Shown here: positions 43,725 to 53,204 of the stretch, piece by piece
Position numbering within the stretch: the stretch's first letter is position 1
Layout of the letters: each line of letters begins with the position of its first letter
Source of the DNA: an uncultured Acetobacteraceae bacterium
Lineage (GTDB): Bacteria; Pseudomonadota; Alphaproteobacteria; Acetobacterales; Acetobacteraceae
Length of the DNA: 64,000 bases
Direction: 5' to 3'
Assembly: GCA_964564645.1 (NCBI GenBank)
Contig: CAZMCV010000001.1
Coordinates: forward strand, 14,066-78,065
The notes under the pieces: generated by a model
What the model was told of the DNA's origin: nothing
Seen by the model: only the letters and a program-made list of their open reading frames with translations
Database searches by the model: none
Translations under genes and position numbers: made by a program

Positions 43725-46700
43725 TCAGATGAAGATAGCCGTGCTCAGCTGGCTTGGCAGCACGCCATCGAGCACGAGCGTCACGCCCGGCGAAACCGTC
43801 ATCACCGTGCCGCCATAGGCATCCTGGACCGCGGTCCCCAGGATGTCGGCGCCGCGCCCATCGGCCGACAGAAGCAGGTCCAGCCGGTCGGTGCCGGGTC
43901 GGAAGCCCGCGACCTCGAGCCGGCCCGCCAGGGTGGGGTCGACCTGGATGGTGGCCGCTCCCTTTCCGACCACCACGTAGTCGGCACCCCCCCCGGGCGT
44001 GAACAGGTTCGTACCCGCCCCGCCGATCAGGTAGTCGCCTCCCGCGCCGCCCACCAGCGTGTCGCCACCCTGGTTGGTGCGGTCGATGAGGATGTCGGCA
44101 CCGGACGTTCCGCGCAGCTCGGCCCTGTTCGCCCCGGCGTGGTAGATGAAGACCTGCGCGCCGCCGAAGGAGACGATGCCCGCCGCGGTGCTGACATACA
44201 TCTCGTCGGCGCTCATCTGCGTGCCGTCCGGCATGCGCGGCACGATCTGGTACTGCGGATCGGAGCGGAGATAGGGGTCGTTGTCGTACAGCAGCCAGCC
44301 ATAGGCCTTCATGGCGTTCGCCGCCACCGCATGGTCCGTCGGGTCGTCGCCGCCCGCGAAGACGGTGATGATCTCCGCGTTGCTCATCAGCGCGAGCTCG
44401 GCGTAGTAGCCGCTCGAGGGAGTCGCGTCGGTCTGCGCGTTGCCGTTCGCCTGCATGGCGCTCTGCACCGCGGCCCAGGTCTTGAGATACTGGGTCGAGG
44501 TCGAGCTGACATAGACGTTCATGCTGTAGGCGTAGCCGTTGTGCGGATCCAGGTCGGGTGAGAGGAAGCGGCCGCTGAGGAAGTTCGCCTGCCACTTCAG
44601 CACCTCGCGCGCATCCTCGTTGCCGCGGAGCGCCGCCTGGGCGGCGGTGCTGGCGAAGAAGTCCTGCTGCCAGGGCGCGGTGGCACTGCCATCCCGGTAG
44701 TTGCCGGGAACGATGCCGTGGATCTCACCCTGCTGCTGGGTCAGGGTCGGGATCCGACCGGCCAGATAGGCCCAGTTGTTGGCGGCGATCTCGCTGAAAT
44801 ACGCCTGCTCCGCGGAACCATCGGGATTGGCCCAGGCGGCCTCGTCGATGACCCGCATGGTCCAGGCCTGCGTGCGCACCTGCTCATTGTCGTTGACGAT
44901 GATGCCGTTGCCCCGCTGCCGCGGCTCATGCCAGGCCGTGGCGATGGCCCAGCTGGCCTGCGCGTTGAGCTGGTCCAGGTAGTAGCGGTCCCCTGTCAGC
45001 ATGTAGGCCGTGTAGGAGAGATCGGGCGCATGGGCCGTCTCGGGCGTCCAGCCCGTGCTGCCGCTCGGCTGCTGGGTCAGGGCGGTCGAGCCGGTGCCGG
45101 GTCCGGCGCGGTAGTCGAACCAGATGTTCGGGTAGTTCTCGAGCGACACGTAGGTCCCGTTCACCGGGTCGTACATGTGCCAGGGCACGGAGCCCGCGGC
45201 GCTCGCCTGGCCGAGCGCGTAGTCCGCCGCCCGCTGGTCCTGCGTGATCAGCCAGACCGCGTTCGGCGTGGTGGTCGGGCCGATATCCGGACGCCCACCC
45301 GTCTGCGGCATGTACTGGACCAGGCCATTGACCCCCAGCACTTCCGTCCAGCTTGTTGCCTTCACCGCATTGGCATAGCCGTTCAGCGTTGTCGTGCTGA
45401 CGTTGTAGCCCAGATCATAGTTCTGGAACGTCGCGGTCTGCTCCGCATGGTCGATGTCGTGGAGGACGTTCAGCGTCTGGTCGACCGAGGTGTTATCGGC
45501 GACGTCGATCTTCCAGGTCTGGTACTGATATTGGGTCAGGGCACCATAGGAAAACTTGGTCTGCCCGTCCTGGGTGATCGAGATGCTGTTGTACCGGATG
45601 GTGCCGCCGGTCGAGGTCATCGCCCGGTCGTTGTTGAACTGCACCTGGGTGTTGATGCTGCCGTCGGCGAAGGTCGTGATGTCGAGCGTGATGTGGAGCG
45701 AGCTGGTGACGTAGACATCGACGCGGACCTCGGTCGCCAGCGGACCCTGCATCAGGATCTCCGCCTTGCCGGCGGCGATCGCCTTGGTCAGCTCCGCCGC
45801 GGCGTCGATCCGCACCGCGCCGACGCCCTGGATGTCCATGTTGACGGCCAGGTTGTAGCCCGCGGCGATGGAGGCATTCGCCGGCAGGTCTGGTCCTGTG
45901 GCGCCCTGGCCGATCACCAGCCTGCCTTCGAGCGTCGTGCCCGCCGCGATGGGAGGCTCGTAGAGGGTGATGACCGCCGCCTTGACCGACCCGTCGGCGT
46001 AGCGCTGCGTCACCTCCATCTGGGTCGGGACCTTTTGCCCGCCCACCTCGGCATAGAGATCCGAGCCCGAGGGCACTGTCCCCTGCGCGAAGACCTGCAT
46101 GAACTGCACGTACTGGGCCTTGGAAGCCGCGCCGGCCGTGTTCTGCAGGGCGAAGTCGACGACGGGCGTCCCGCTGCCGCCGCCCGACGTCGTGTCGTCG
46201 TTCTGGATGGTGCCGGTGGCCGAGCCGGTGGCGATGGTGGCGCCGGTGGCGCCCGAGAGGGTGACGGCGAAGGCCTCGTTGCCCTCGACAGTGCCGTCGC
46301 CGGCGACGTTGACGGTGATGGTGCGGCTGGCCTGGCCGGCGGCGAAGCTCAGCGTGCCCGCGGGCAGGGTCCCGCCGGCGAAGTCCGAGGCGCTGGCCGC
46401 GCTGGTCCCGGTGCCACTCACCGCCCAGGCGACCGTCGAGGCGCCGCTCGTGTCACCCGACCGGGTCACGGTGAAGGTGAAGGGCGTCGTCGTCCCCGCC
46501 GCACCCTCCGCCCGGCTCGCATTCGCCGCCGCGATCGCCAGCGTCGGCAGCGTCGCCGCCACGTCGTCGTTCTGGATGGTGCCGATGGCCGAGCCGGTGG
46601 CGATGGTCGCCCCGGTGGCGCCCGAGAGGGTGACGGCGAAGGTCTCGTTGCCCTCGACCGTGCCGTCGCCGGTGACGTTGATCGTGATGGTCTGGCTGGC

Positions 46701-49244
46701 CTGGCCGGCGGCGAAGCTCAGCGTGCCCGCGGGCAGGGTCCCGCCGGCGAAGTCCGAGGCGCTGGCCGCGCTGGTCCCGGTGCCACCCACCGTCCAGGCG
46801 ACCGTCGAGGCGCCGCTCGTGTCGCCCGACCGGGTCACGGTGAAGGTGAAGGGCGTCGTCGTCCCCGCCGCGCCCTCCGCCCGGCTCGCATTCGCCGCCG
46901 CGATCGCGAGCGTCGGCAGCGTCGCCGCCACGTCGTCGTTCTGGATGGTGCCGGTGGCGGATCCGGTGGCGATGGTCGCCCCGGTCGCGCCCGAGAGGGT
47001 GACGGCGAAGGTCTCGTTGCCCTCGACAGTACCGTCGCCGGCGACGTTGACGGTGATGGTGCGGCTGGCCTGGCCGGCGGCGAAGCTCAGCGTGCCCGCG
47101 GGCAGGGTCCCGCCGGCGAAGTCCGAGGCGCTGGCCGCGCTGGTCCCGGTGCCACCCACCGTCCAGGCGACCGTCGAGGCGCCGCTCGTGTCGCCCGACC
47201 GGGTCACGGTGAAGGTGAAGGGCGTCGTCGTCCCCGCCGCGCCCTCCGCCCGGCTCGCATTCGCCGCCGTGATCGCCAGCGTCGGCGGGACGGTGGTCGT
47301 CGTCTCGGGCAGGAAGGTGAAATTATCGAAGCCGAAGTAGTTCGGCGCATCGAAACGCAGCTCGTCGATGCTCGAGAAGCGCGACTGACCATCGAAGCTC
47401 ACCACGGCCGCGGTGCCGCGGGTGGCGACGAAGGTATAGGTGCCGACCCGCGCGCCATCGTCGAAGGCCTCGGCAGTGATCTGCAGGTTGGTGTTGAAGG
47501 CGGAGGAGAAGGCCGCGGAGGAGAAGGTGAAGTCGCCGCCATCGGCGCGGCGAATCACGATGGGATTGCCGGCGGTCGCCTCGTAGCCGCGCACCTCGTT
47601 GCCGGTAGCCTCGCCGAAGAAGGCCAGGTTGTTCCCCGAGGCCGTCTTGTAGCCGAGAGACCCGTCGGGCCGGTAGATGCCGGTCTGCGCCCAGGTGAAG
47701 CCGCCATAGGTGCCGGAGAGGCGCTGTTCGGCGCCCCTCGAAAGCACGAACTCGTCGAAGGTCAAGACCGTCGGCGCCACCGCCAGGGCCGCTGTCGGCG
47801 CCAGCGCAAGGGTCGCGGTGGCTGGTGCGCTGCTCGCAAGGACGAAGTCGGAAACGCTGATACTCGCGGCATTGACGCCCGCGAGCAGGACGCTCCCGCT
47901 GCCAGCACTGACCAGCGTGCCAGCCGCTTGCTGCGTGATGGCGACTTGCGAGGTGAAGTTGGCCGCGGTGACCCCGAAGGCGGAGATGTCGAGTAGATCC
48001 TGCCCACCCGTTGGCTCGGCATCGAAGCCGTTGATCCGGTCGTTGCCCAGGCCAGGGGCAAGGGTGAAGCGGTCGTTGCCATCGCCCCCGCTCATCGTGT
48101 CGTTGCCTGTGCCGCCCGCGATCGTGTCGTTGCCATTCCCAGCGGCCAGGAAATCGCCACCATCGCCGCCGACGAGGCGGTCGCTTCCGGCTCCGCCGCG
48201 CAACGTGTCGTTGCCGGCGAGCCCCGCAAGGCAGTCATCGCCCGCGTAGCCGCTGATCAAGTCGTTGCCCGCGCCGCCCGCCAGCGTCTCCGCCGCCGCG
48301 GCACCATCAAGCGTCTGGGCGCCGTCGGGCAGCCAGGGGGAAGCGGTGTCGAGCACGGGACGAGAGGCGAGGTAGGTCGTGCCGGTAATGCTCGCAGGCC
48401 CGGACGAAAGCTGGCCGGAGGATAGGCCGAAGACATCGGTGCCCGAGATGGAGGCGGCGATGGAGGTCGGATTGAGGAGCAGCTTGGCGCTCGACGAGCC
48501 GAGGTCGTTGATCACCGTGTTGTCGGTCATCGTCAGGCTCGAGCCGGCATGCAGGCCGCCCTCGGCACCGAAGGCGACGATCGCCGGGTTCTGGGAGTTC
48601 GGCCCCTGCTGGATGGTATTGCCGGAGAGCACCGCCTTGCCGCCATTGGGCAGGTCGACGCTGTAGCTTGCGGTCGATCCGTTGTCGTGGATCCGGGTGC
48701 CGGTGATCGTGGTGTTCAGGGCACGGCTCTTGATCTCGTGCCCGACATTGGCGTCGTGGAAGTAGCTGTCCTCGATGGTCAGCGAGCCGACGGCATTCAC
48801 ATAGAGGTTGTGCGTGTAGCCGTCCCCCTTGCCGTTGTATGCGAACTCCGAGTTGCGGATGGTGATGCTGCCGCCGGCATCCGGGTTGGCGAGCAGCCCG
48901 TTCTCGTTGTGATGGAAATAGGAGTTCTCGACGGTGAGATCGCCGCCTTCGTAGCGGATCCCCGCGCCGTTGCCGTCGCGCACCTTCGCGCCGGAGAACT
49001 CGAAGTTACGGACGGTGACGTCGCCGTTCACCGTCATGATCGCCTTGCCGTTCGGCGGCGGGACGGTGGCGACCATGTGCACCATGCCCCCCACGCCCTC
49101 CAGCGTGATGTCCTTGGTCACCGTCACGAAGTCGTTCGTGTAGGTGCCAGCCTGCACCTGAACCACATCACCATCTTTTGATGCCGCAACAGCCGCCCCA
49201 ATCGTGGAGTATTGTTGCCCAGGACCAACGGTTAGAATAGTCAT
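43725..49244 (-). CDS. 1839-aa multidomain RTX protein (putative T1SS cargo): beta-helix, RTX block, unknown beta domain, 3x Calx-beta, ~700-aa unknown domain, C-terminal RTX and secretion tail
   Basis: There is no signal peptide. The N-terminus has parallel beta-helix repeats (..GAGIRYEGGDLTVENSYFHHNENGLL..ITIRNSEFAYNG..). GGxGxD nonapeptides occur at residues ~320-400 (GGAGNDLISGYAGDDCLAGLAGNDTLRGGAGSDRLVGGDGGDF) and near the C-terminus (GGDTLVGGAGGDYLIGGAGTNLF). RBS GAGGA precedes ATG 49244. Confidence 0.95.
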   Translation of the reverse strand: MTILTVGPGQQYSTIGAAVAASKDGDVVQVQAGTYTNDFVTVTKDITLEGVGGMVHMVATVPPPNGKAIMTVNGDVTVRNFEFSGAKVRDGNGAGIRYEGGDLTVENSYFHHNENGLLANPDAGGSITIRNSEFAYNGKGDGYTHNLYVNAVGSLTIEDSYFHDANVGHEIKSRALNTTITGTRIHDNGSTASYSVDLPNGGKAVLSGNTIQQGPNSQNPAIVAFGAEGGLHAGSSLTMTDNTVINDLGSSSAKLLLNPTSIAASISGTDVFGLSSGQLSSGPASITGTTYLASRPVLDTASPWLPDGAQTLDGAAAAETLAGGAGNDLISGYAGDDCLAGLAGNDTLRGGAGSDRLVGGDGGDFLAAGNGNDTIAGGTGNDTMSGGDGNDRFTLAPGLGNDRINGFDAEPTGGQDLLDISAFGVTAANFTSQVAITQQAAGTLVSAGSGSVLLAGVNAASISVSDFVLASSAPATATLALAPTAALAVAPTVLTFDEFVLSRGAEQRLSGTYGGFTWAQTGIYRPDGSLGYKTASGNNLAFFGEATGNEVRGYEATAGNPIVIRRADGGDFTFSSAAFSSAFNTNLQITAEAFDDGARVGTYTFVATRGTAAVVSFDGQSRFSSIDELRFDAPNYFGFDNFTFLPETTTTVPPTLAITAANASRAEGAAGTTTPFTFTVTRSGDTSGASTVAWTVGGTGTSAASASDFAGGTLPAGTLSFAAGQASRTITVNVAGDGTVEGNETFAVTLSGATGATIATGSATGTIQNDDVAATLPTLAIAAANASRAEGAAGTTTPFTFTVTRSGDTSGASTVAWTVGGTGTSAASASDFAGGTLPAGTLSFAAGQASQTITINVTGDGTVEGNETFAVTLSGATGATIATGSAIGTIQNDDVAATLPTLAIAAANASRAEGAAGTTTPFTFTVTRSGDTSGASTVAWAVSGTGTSAASASDFAGGTLPAGTLSFAAGQASRTITVNVAGDGTVEGNEAFAVTLSGATGATIATGSATGTIQNDDTTSGGGSGTPVVDFALQNTAGAASKAQYVQFMQVFAQGTVPSGSDLYAEVGGQKVPTQMEVTQRYADGSVKAAVITLYEPPIAAGTTLEGRLVIGQGATGPDLPANASIAAGYNLAVNMDIQGVGAVRIDAAAELTKAIAAGKAEILMQGPLATEVRVDVYVTSSLHITLDITTFADGSINTQVQFNNDRAMTSTGGTIRYNSISITQDGQTKFSYGALTQYQYQTWKIDVADNTSVDQTLNVLHDIDHAEQTATFQNYDLGYNVSTTTLNGYANAVKATSWTEVLGVNGLVQYMPQTGGRPDIGPTTTPNAVWLITQDQRAADYALGQASAAGSVPWHMYDPVNGTYVSLENYPNIWFDYRAGPGTGSTALTQQPSGSTGWTPETAHAPDLSYTAYMLTGDRYYLDQLNAQASWAIATAWHEPRQRGNGIIVNDNEQVRTQAWTMRVIDEAAWANPDGSAEQAYFSEIAANNWAYLAGRIPTLTQQQGEIHGIVPGNYRDGSATAPWQQDFFASTAAQAALRGNEDAREVLKWQANFLSGRFLSPDLDPHNGYAYSMNVYVSSTSTQYLKTWAAVQSAMQANGNAQTDATPSSGYYAELALMSNAEIITVFAGGDDPTDHAVAANAMKAYGWLLYDNDPYLRSDPQYQIVPRMPDGTQMSADEMYVSTAAGIVSFGGAQVFIYHAGANRAELRGTSGADILIDRTNQGGDTLVGGAGGDYLIGGAGTNLFTPGGGADYVVVGKGAATIQVDPTLAGRLEVAGFRPGTDRLDLLLSADGRGADILGTAVQDAYGGTVMTVSPGVTLVLDGVLPSQLSTAIFI
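46194..47300. repeat. 3 x 369-bp near-identical tandem repeat encoding three Calx-beta domains
   Basis: Copies start at 46194, 46563 and 46932, with about 15 differences per 369 bp between copies 1 and 2 by eye. Each encodes ..ANASRAEGAAGTTTPFTFTVTRSGDTSGASTVAW.V.GTGTSAASASDFAGGTLPAGTLSFAAGQAS.TI.VNV.GDGTVEGNE.FAVTLSGATGATIATGSA.GTIQNDD. Confidence 0.9.
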
Positions 49245-50171
49245 TCCTCAGTCCCCCCCCCCATGACCAAAACGGATAACACGCGTCCCCAAGCCGCTTA
49301 GCGCACGCATTGTCACAATTGTAAAGAGCCAAACTAGGCAGTTTCTTTTTTTATCAGTAGTTCGATCTTCTTTTCTTCTGCTCGAGATCGCAATGACTGT
49401 CGAAGCGAAAGGCATCCTCCACCACTACCGATGCGCGATGTTTTATCCTTGCGAAACCAGAATATGTTTCCCCAACACGGATGCAACGTCACGATTTGTC
49501 AGAGGACCTTGCGCAAGCCGCATGAACGTGCGTGTGGATGACGGTTGTAGCATCGGCCAGGATAATCGCCTATCGGTTGTGATCATGAAAGCGTTAATTG
49601 TGCGAAAGGTGCTCATTCATAGGCGTGATGTCATGCCCTGGGTGCGGGGAGGGCGCGCCAAGCCACCACGGGCTGCAGGGAATCCCCGCGGCCATCGCCT
49701 GTTCCGGACGGCATGCGTGCGGGGCGGGGAAGCCGGGCAGCTCGACCTCTGGCTGGGACACGGCGCTGCTTCCATCCTGCGGCATGGAATGATCGGGCGT
49801 CGTGCGCCCTCGCCCGGCCAGATGCCGTGGTCGCGCTCCGACTTCGGGTCACGTCGTGAGGGTGGTGGAGGATCCCCGTTGCGCGCGCGCCGGGAGGCTC
49901 GGCGGCGCTGACTGCCACCCGCCCCACACGAGGACGTGACGGCGGGCGAGGAGGATCCAGCCCTTCCGACTGCACGGGGACCGCTATTCTCGCGGTCCGG
50001 CTGGCCACCTGCCCTTCCGAGTGGTGGGACGGCGTGGGCCTTCCACGCCCGGACCCCCGTCCCGAGCACCGTCTCCACCGGCAACACTCTGCTTCTGTTT
50101 GTCGTCGACTGCATCCGATTTAATTATTTTTGCGACATTTCATGTGATTTTATGCTTGCAATTCTCAACGA
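49245..50171. promoter_or_regulatory. 927-bp non-coding divergent control region (AT-enriched at both ends)
   Basis: No convincing ORF in any frame. Low-GC patches at 49300-49640 and 50100-50170. The palindrome ACAATTGT lies within CATTGTCACAATTGTAAAG (~49308-49326). TTGCAA..N17..AATTTA-like elements lie just before 50172. Confidence 0.4.
49253..49262. repeat. Homopolymeric C10 (G10 on the coding strand), 9 nt upstream of the RTX gene start
   Basis: Read directly. The minus strand reads ATGGGGGGGGGGACTGAGGAATGACT. Confidence 0.9.
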
Positions 50172-50735
50172 ATGTCGGAATTTATCGTCATGCCAATGAA
50201 AGGCGTCACCACAGCTCCGGATGTCGTCATCCACCATCCGGACCTCGTGAATCTGTACGGCTGCTCAATCGGCGCCGGTACGAAGATCGGCCCGTTTGTC
50301 GAGGCCCAGAAGAACAGTCACATCGGTGCACGCTGCAAGATCTCCTCCCACGCCTTCATCTGCGAAGGAGTCACGATCGAGGACGAGGTCTTCATCGGCC
50401 ACGGCGTCGTCTTCACGAACGAGTTGTATCCGCGCGCCACGAATCCGGACGGCAGCCTGAAGACGGACGATGACTGGACCGTCGTGCCGACCCTCGTCCG
50501 CCGCGGCGCCTCGATCGGGTCGAACGCCACGATCGTGGCGGGCGTGACCATCGGGCTCGGCGCGCTCGTCGGGGCCGGTGCCGTGGTCACGCGCGACGTC
50601 CCCGACCACGCGATCGTGGCGGGCGTCCCAGCCCGGGTGGTCGGCGATGCGCGGGAGAAGGAGGGCGGGCCTGTCCCACGCGACCGGGAGGCGGAGGAGA
50701 CGGGCGCCCTGCTCGGGACGGTGCGCCGGCCCTGA
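50172..50735 (+). CDS. Left-handed beta-helix N-acetyltransferase (WbpD/WlbB-like)
   Basis: Hexapeptide repeats and ..[65 protein letters not shown]3 is visibly lower than in the neighbours. The start may be ATG 50190. Confidence 0.85.
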   Translation: MSEFIVMPMKGVTTAPDVVIHHPDLVNLYGCSIGAGTKIGPFVEAQKNSHIGARCKISSHAFICEGVTIEDEVFIGHGVVFTNELYPRATNPDGSLKTDDDWTVVPTLVRRGASIGSNATIVAGVTIGLGALVGAGAVVTRDVPDHAIVAGVPARVVGDAREKEGGPVPRDREAEETGALLGTVRRP

Positions 50736-50981
50736 CCGACGGCGCCGCCAGGCCGTGCCGCCGCCGGCCGCCAGGGCCCGGGGCGTCGCCGAGGCCGGCC
50801 AGCGCGCGGATCCGCAGGGCGCGGTCACGGCGGGGTTTCGCCACCCGCCCCAGACGAGAGCCTGGCCGGGCGAGCGGATGGAGGACGGAACGGCGGGCAC
50901 CGCGCGGCATGGCGCGCGGCGCGGGATTCAGACAGGGCGGCCCGGCGGATCGGGCACGCGCGAACATTGGTGGGGGCGCAG

Positions 50982-52013
50982 GTGATCAGGATCGGCATTA
51001 TCGGTTACGGCTACTGGGGCCCCAACCTGGCCCGCTGCACGGCAGAGACGGCGGGCTGCGAGCTCGCCGGCATTGCAGACGCCTCGGCCGCGGCGCTCGC
51101 CCGGGCCGGCAAGCGCTACCCCGGCACCCGGCTCTTCGCCAACTGGCAGGAGATGGTGGCTGATCCCGGCATCGACGCGGTGCTCGTCGCCACCCCCGTC
51201 GCCACGCATTTCGAGATGGCGCTGACCGCGCTGCGCGCCGGCAAGCACGCCCTGGTCGAGAAGCCGATCACGGCGAGCGCCGAGCATGCCCGCATCCTGA
51301 TCGAGGAGGCGGCCCGGCGCGGCCGCACCCTCATGGTCGACCACACCTTCGTCTACACCAGCGCGGTGCAGAAGATCGAGGAGATCATCCGCACCGGCGA
51401 GCTCGGCGAGGTGTTCTACTACGACAGCACACGGGTCAATCTCGGCCTGTTCCAGCGCGACGTGAACGTGATCTGGGACCTCGCGGTGCACGACCTCTCG
51501 ATCCTCGACTTCGTCATGCCGGAGCGGCCGGTCGCGGTCTCGGCCAGCGGCGTCGGGCATATCCGCGGCAGCCTCGAGAACATGGCGCATCTGACGCTCT
51601 TCTATGGCAGCGGCGCGGTCGCCCATCTCAATGTCAACTGGCTCGCCCCGGTGAAGGTCCGCCAGACGCTGATCGGCGGCAGCCGCCGCATGATCGTCTA
51701 TGACGACCTGCAGCCGAGCGAGAAGGTGAAGGTCTACGACCGCGGCGTCTCGGTCGGCGAGGGCAACGGGGCGAGCGAGGCCGAACTCCGCGTCTCCTAC
51801 CGCTCGGGCGACATGTGGGCGCCGCAGCTCTCCGTGAAGGAGGCGCTGCTGACCGAGATCGAGCACTTCGCGCATTGCATCGAGACCGGCGCGGCGCCGG
51901 TCACCTCGGGCGAGAGCGGGTTGCGCGTCGTGCAGACCCTCGAATGCGCCATGGCCTCGCTGGCCCAGCGCGGCCACCCGGTCGAGATCGCGCCGCTGCG
52001 CCTCGCCTCCTGA
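50982..52013 (+). CDS. Gfo/Idh/MocA sugar-nucleotide dehydrogenase (WbpB/WlbA-like)
   Basis: VIRIGIIGYGYWGPNLARC..ALVEKPITAS... The start is uncertain (TTG 50967, GTG 50970 or GTG 50982). Confidence 0.85.
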   Translation: MIRIGIIGYGYWGPNLARCTAETAGCELAGIADASAAALARAGKRYPGTRLFANWQEMVADPGIDAVLVATPVATHFEMALTALRAGKHALVEKPITASAEHARILIEEAARRGRTLMVDHTFVYTSAVQKIEEIIRTGELGEVFYYDSTRVNLGLFQRDVNVIWDLAVHDLSILDFVMPERPVAVSASGVGHIRGSLENMAHLTLFYGSGAVAHLNVNWLAPVKVRQTLIGGSRRMIVYDDLQPSEKVKVYDRGVSVGEGNGASEAELRVSYRSGDMWAPQLSVKEALLTEIEHFAHCIETGAAPVTSGESGLRVVQTLECAMASLAQRGHPVEIAPLRLAS

Positions 52014-52067
52014 CGCCCCCTTCCCCTCCCCGCCGCCGCATCCCGCGCACACCAAGGACATCCTGCC

Positions 52068-53204
52068 GTGATCCCGCTCCTTGACCTGAAGGCCCAGTAT
52101 GCGGGCGTCCGCGACGAGCTGAACGCCGCGGCGCTCGAAGTGCTGGCCAGCGGCGAGTACGTCGCCGGCCGCCGCGTCGCCGCCTTCGAGCAGGAATTCG
52201 CCGCCTATTGCGGGTCGCGCGAGGCGATGGCCGTGAACTCGGGCACCTCGGCGCTGCACCTTGCGCTGCTGGCCCTCGGCGTCGGCCGCGGCGACGAGGT
52301 GGTGACCGTCGCCATGACCTTCGTCGCGACCGTCGCGGCCATCCGCTACGCCGAGGCGACGCCAGTGCTGGTCGATGTCGACCTCGAGACCTTCAACATG
52401 GACCCGGCCTCGCTCGAGCGTGCCATCACGCCGCGCACCAAGGCGATCATCCCGGTCCACCTGCATGGGCGGCTCGCCGATATGGACGCGATCCTGGCGA
52501 TCGCCCGGCGCCACGGCATCCCGGTGATCGAGGATGCGGCGCAGGCGCATGGCGCGGTCCACCGGGACGGGCGGCGCGCCGGCACGCTCGGCGACATCGG
52601 CTGCTTCAGCTTCTACCCGGGCAAGAATCTCGGCGCCTGCGGCGAGGGCGGCGCGGTCGTCACCGACCGCCCGGAACTCGCCGCCACGGTCCGCCAGCTG
52701 CGCGACTGGGGCCAGGCCGGGCGCTACAACCATGTCCGCCACGGCTTCAACTACCGCATGGACGAGCTGCAGGGCGCGCTGCTGCGCGTGAAGCTGGCGC
52801 GGCTGGCCGAGTGGACCGCGCGGCGCCAGCAGGTCGCGGCGCTGTACGACCACCTGCTCTCCGACGTGGCTCTGACCGCGCCGCTTCCCGCCGGGCTCGA
52901 CCATGTCTGGCACGTCTATGCGGTGCAGGTGGAGGCCGCGCGGCGGGCCGACCTGCAGGCGGCGCTGCGCGAAGCCGGGGTTGCGACCGGCCTGCACTAC
53001 CCCTGCCCGGTGCATCTGCAGCCGGCCTATGCCGATCTCGGCTACCAGGCCGGCGCCTTCCCGGTCGCCGAGCGGCTGGCGAACGCGCTGCTCTCCCTGC
53101 CGATCTTCCCTGAGCTGACCGAGGCGCAGCAGCGCCAGGTCGCCGATGCGCTTCGCGCGCTGTGCGGCCGCCGTGCCGCGGAGGTCTCCGCCCATGCCGC
53201 CTAG
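52068..53204 (+). CDS. DegT/DnrJ/EryC1-family PLP aminotransferase (WbpE/WlbC-like)
   Basis: MIPLLDLKAQYAGVRDEL..AVNSGTSALHLAL..FSFYPGKNLGACGEGGAVV (PLP lysine). Confidence 0.9.
   Translation: MIPLLDLKAQYAGVRDELNAAALEVLASGEYVAGRRVAAFEQEFAAYCGSREAMAVNSGTSALHLALLALGVGRGDEVVTVAMTFVATVAAIRYAEATPVLVDVDLETFNMDPASLERAITPRTKAIIPVHLHGRLADMDAILAIARRHGIPVIEDAAQAHGAVHRDGRRAGTLGDIGCFSFYPGKNLGACGEGGAVVTDRPELAATVRQLRDWGQAGRYNHVRHGFNYRMDELQGALLRVKLARLAEWTARRQQVAALYDHLLSDVALTAPLPAGLDHVWHVYAVQVEAARRADLQAALREAGVATGLHYPCPVHLQPAYADLGYQAGAFPVAERLANALLSLPIFPELTEAQQRQVADALRALCGRRAAEVSAHAA

Noticed and set aside
46194-47300. I considered whether the regular repeats could be a CRISPR array.
   Set aside because: The repeats are 369 bp long, contiguous with no spacers, and in frame within a protein-coding gene (Calx-beta domains).
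44718-47996. A 1092-aa plus-strand ORF, and a 413-aa ORF at 46099..47340.
   Set aside because: Both are antisense to the RTX/Calx-beta gene. Their internal repeats merely mirror the 369-bp tandem repeat, and their composition is low-complexity Arg/Gly.
49245-49911. The 172-aa ORF 49393..49911 and overlapping ORFs in the long intergenic region. I also considered a c-di-GMP or other riboswitch in the RTX gene leader.
   Set aside because: The ORFs have poor GC3, many rare codons and no motifs. I could not find GEMM-like conserved elements by eye. A covariance-model scan would be needed for a firm answer.
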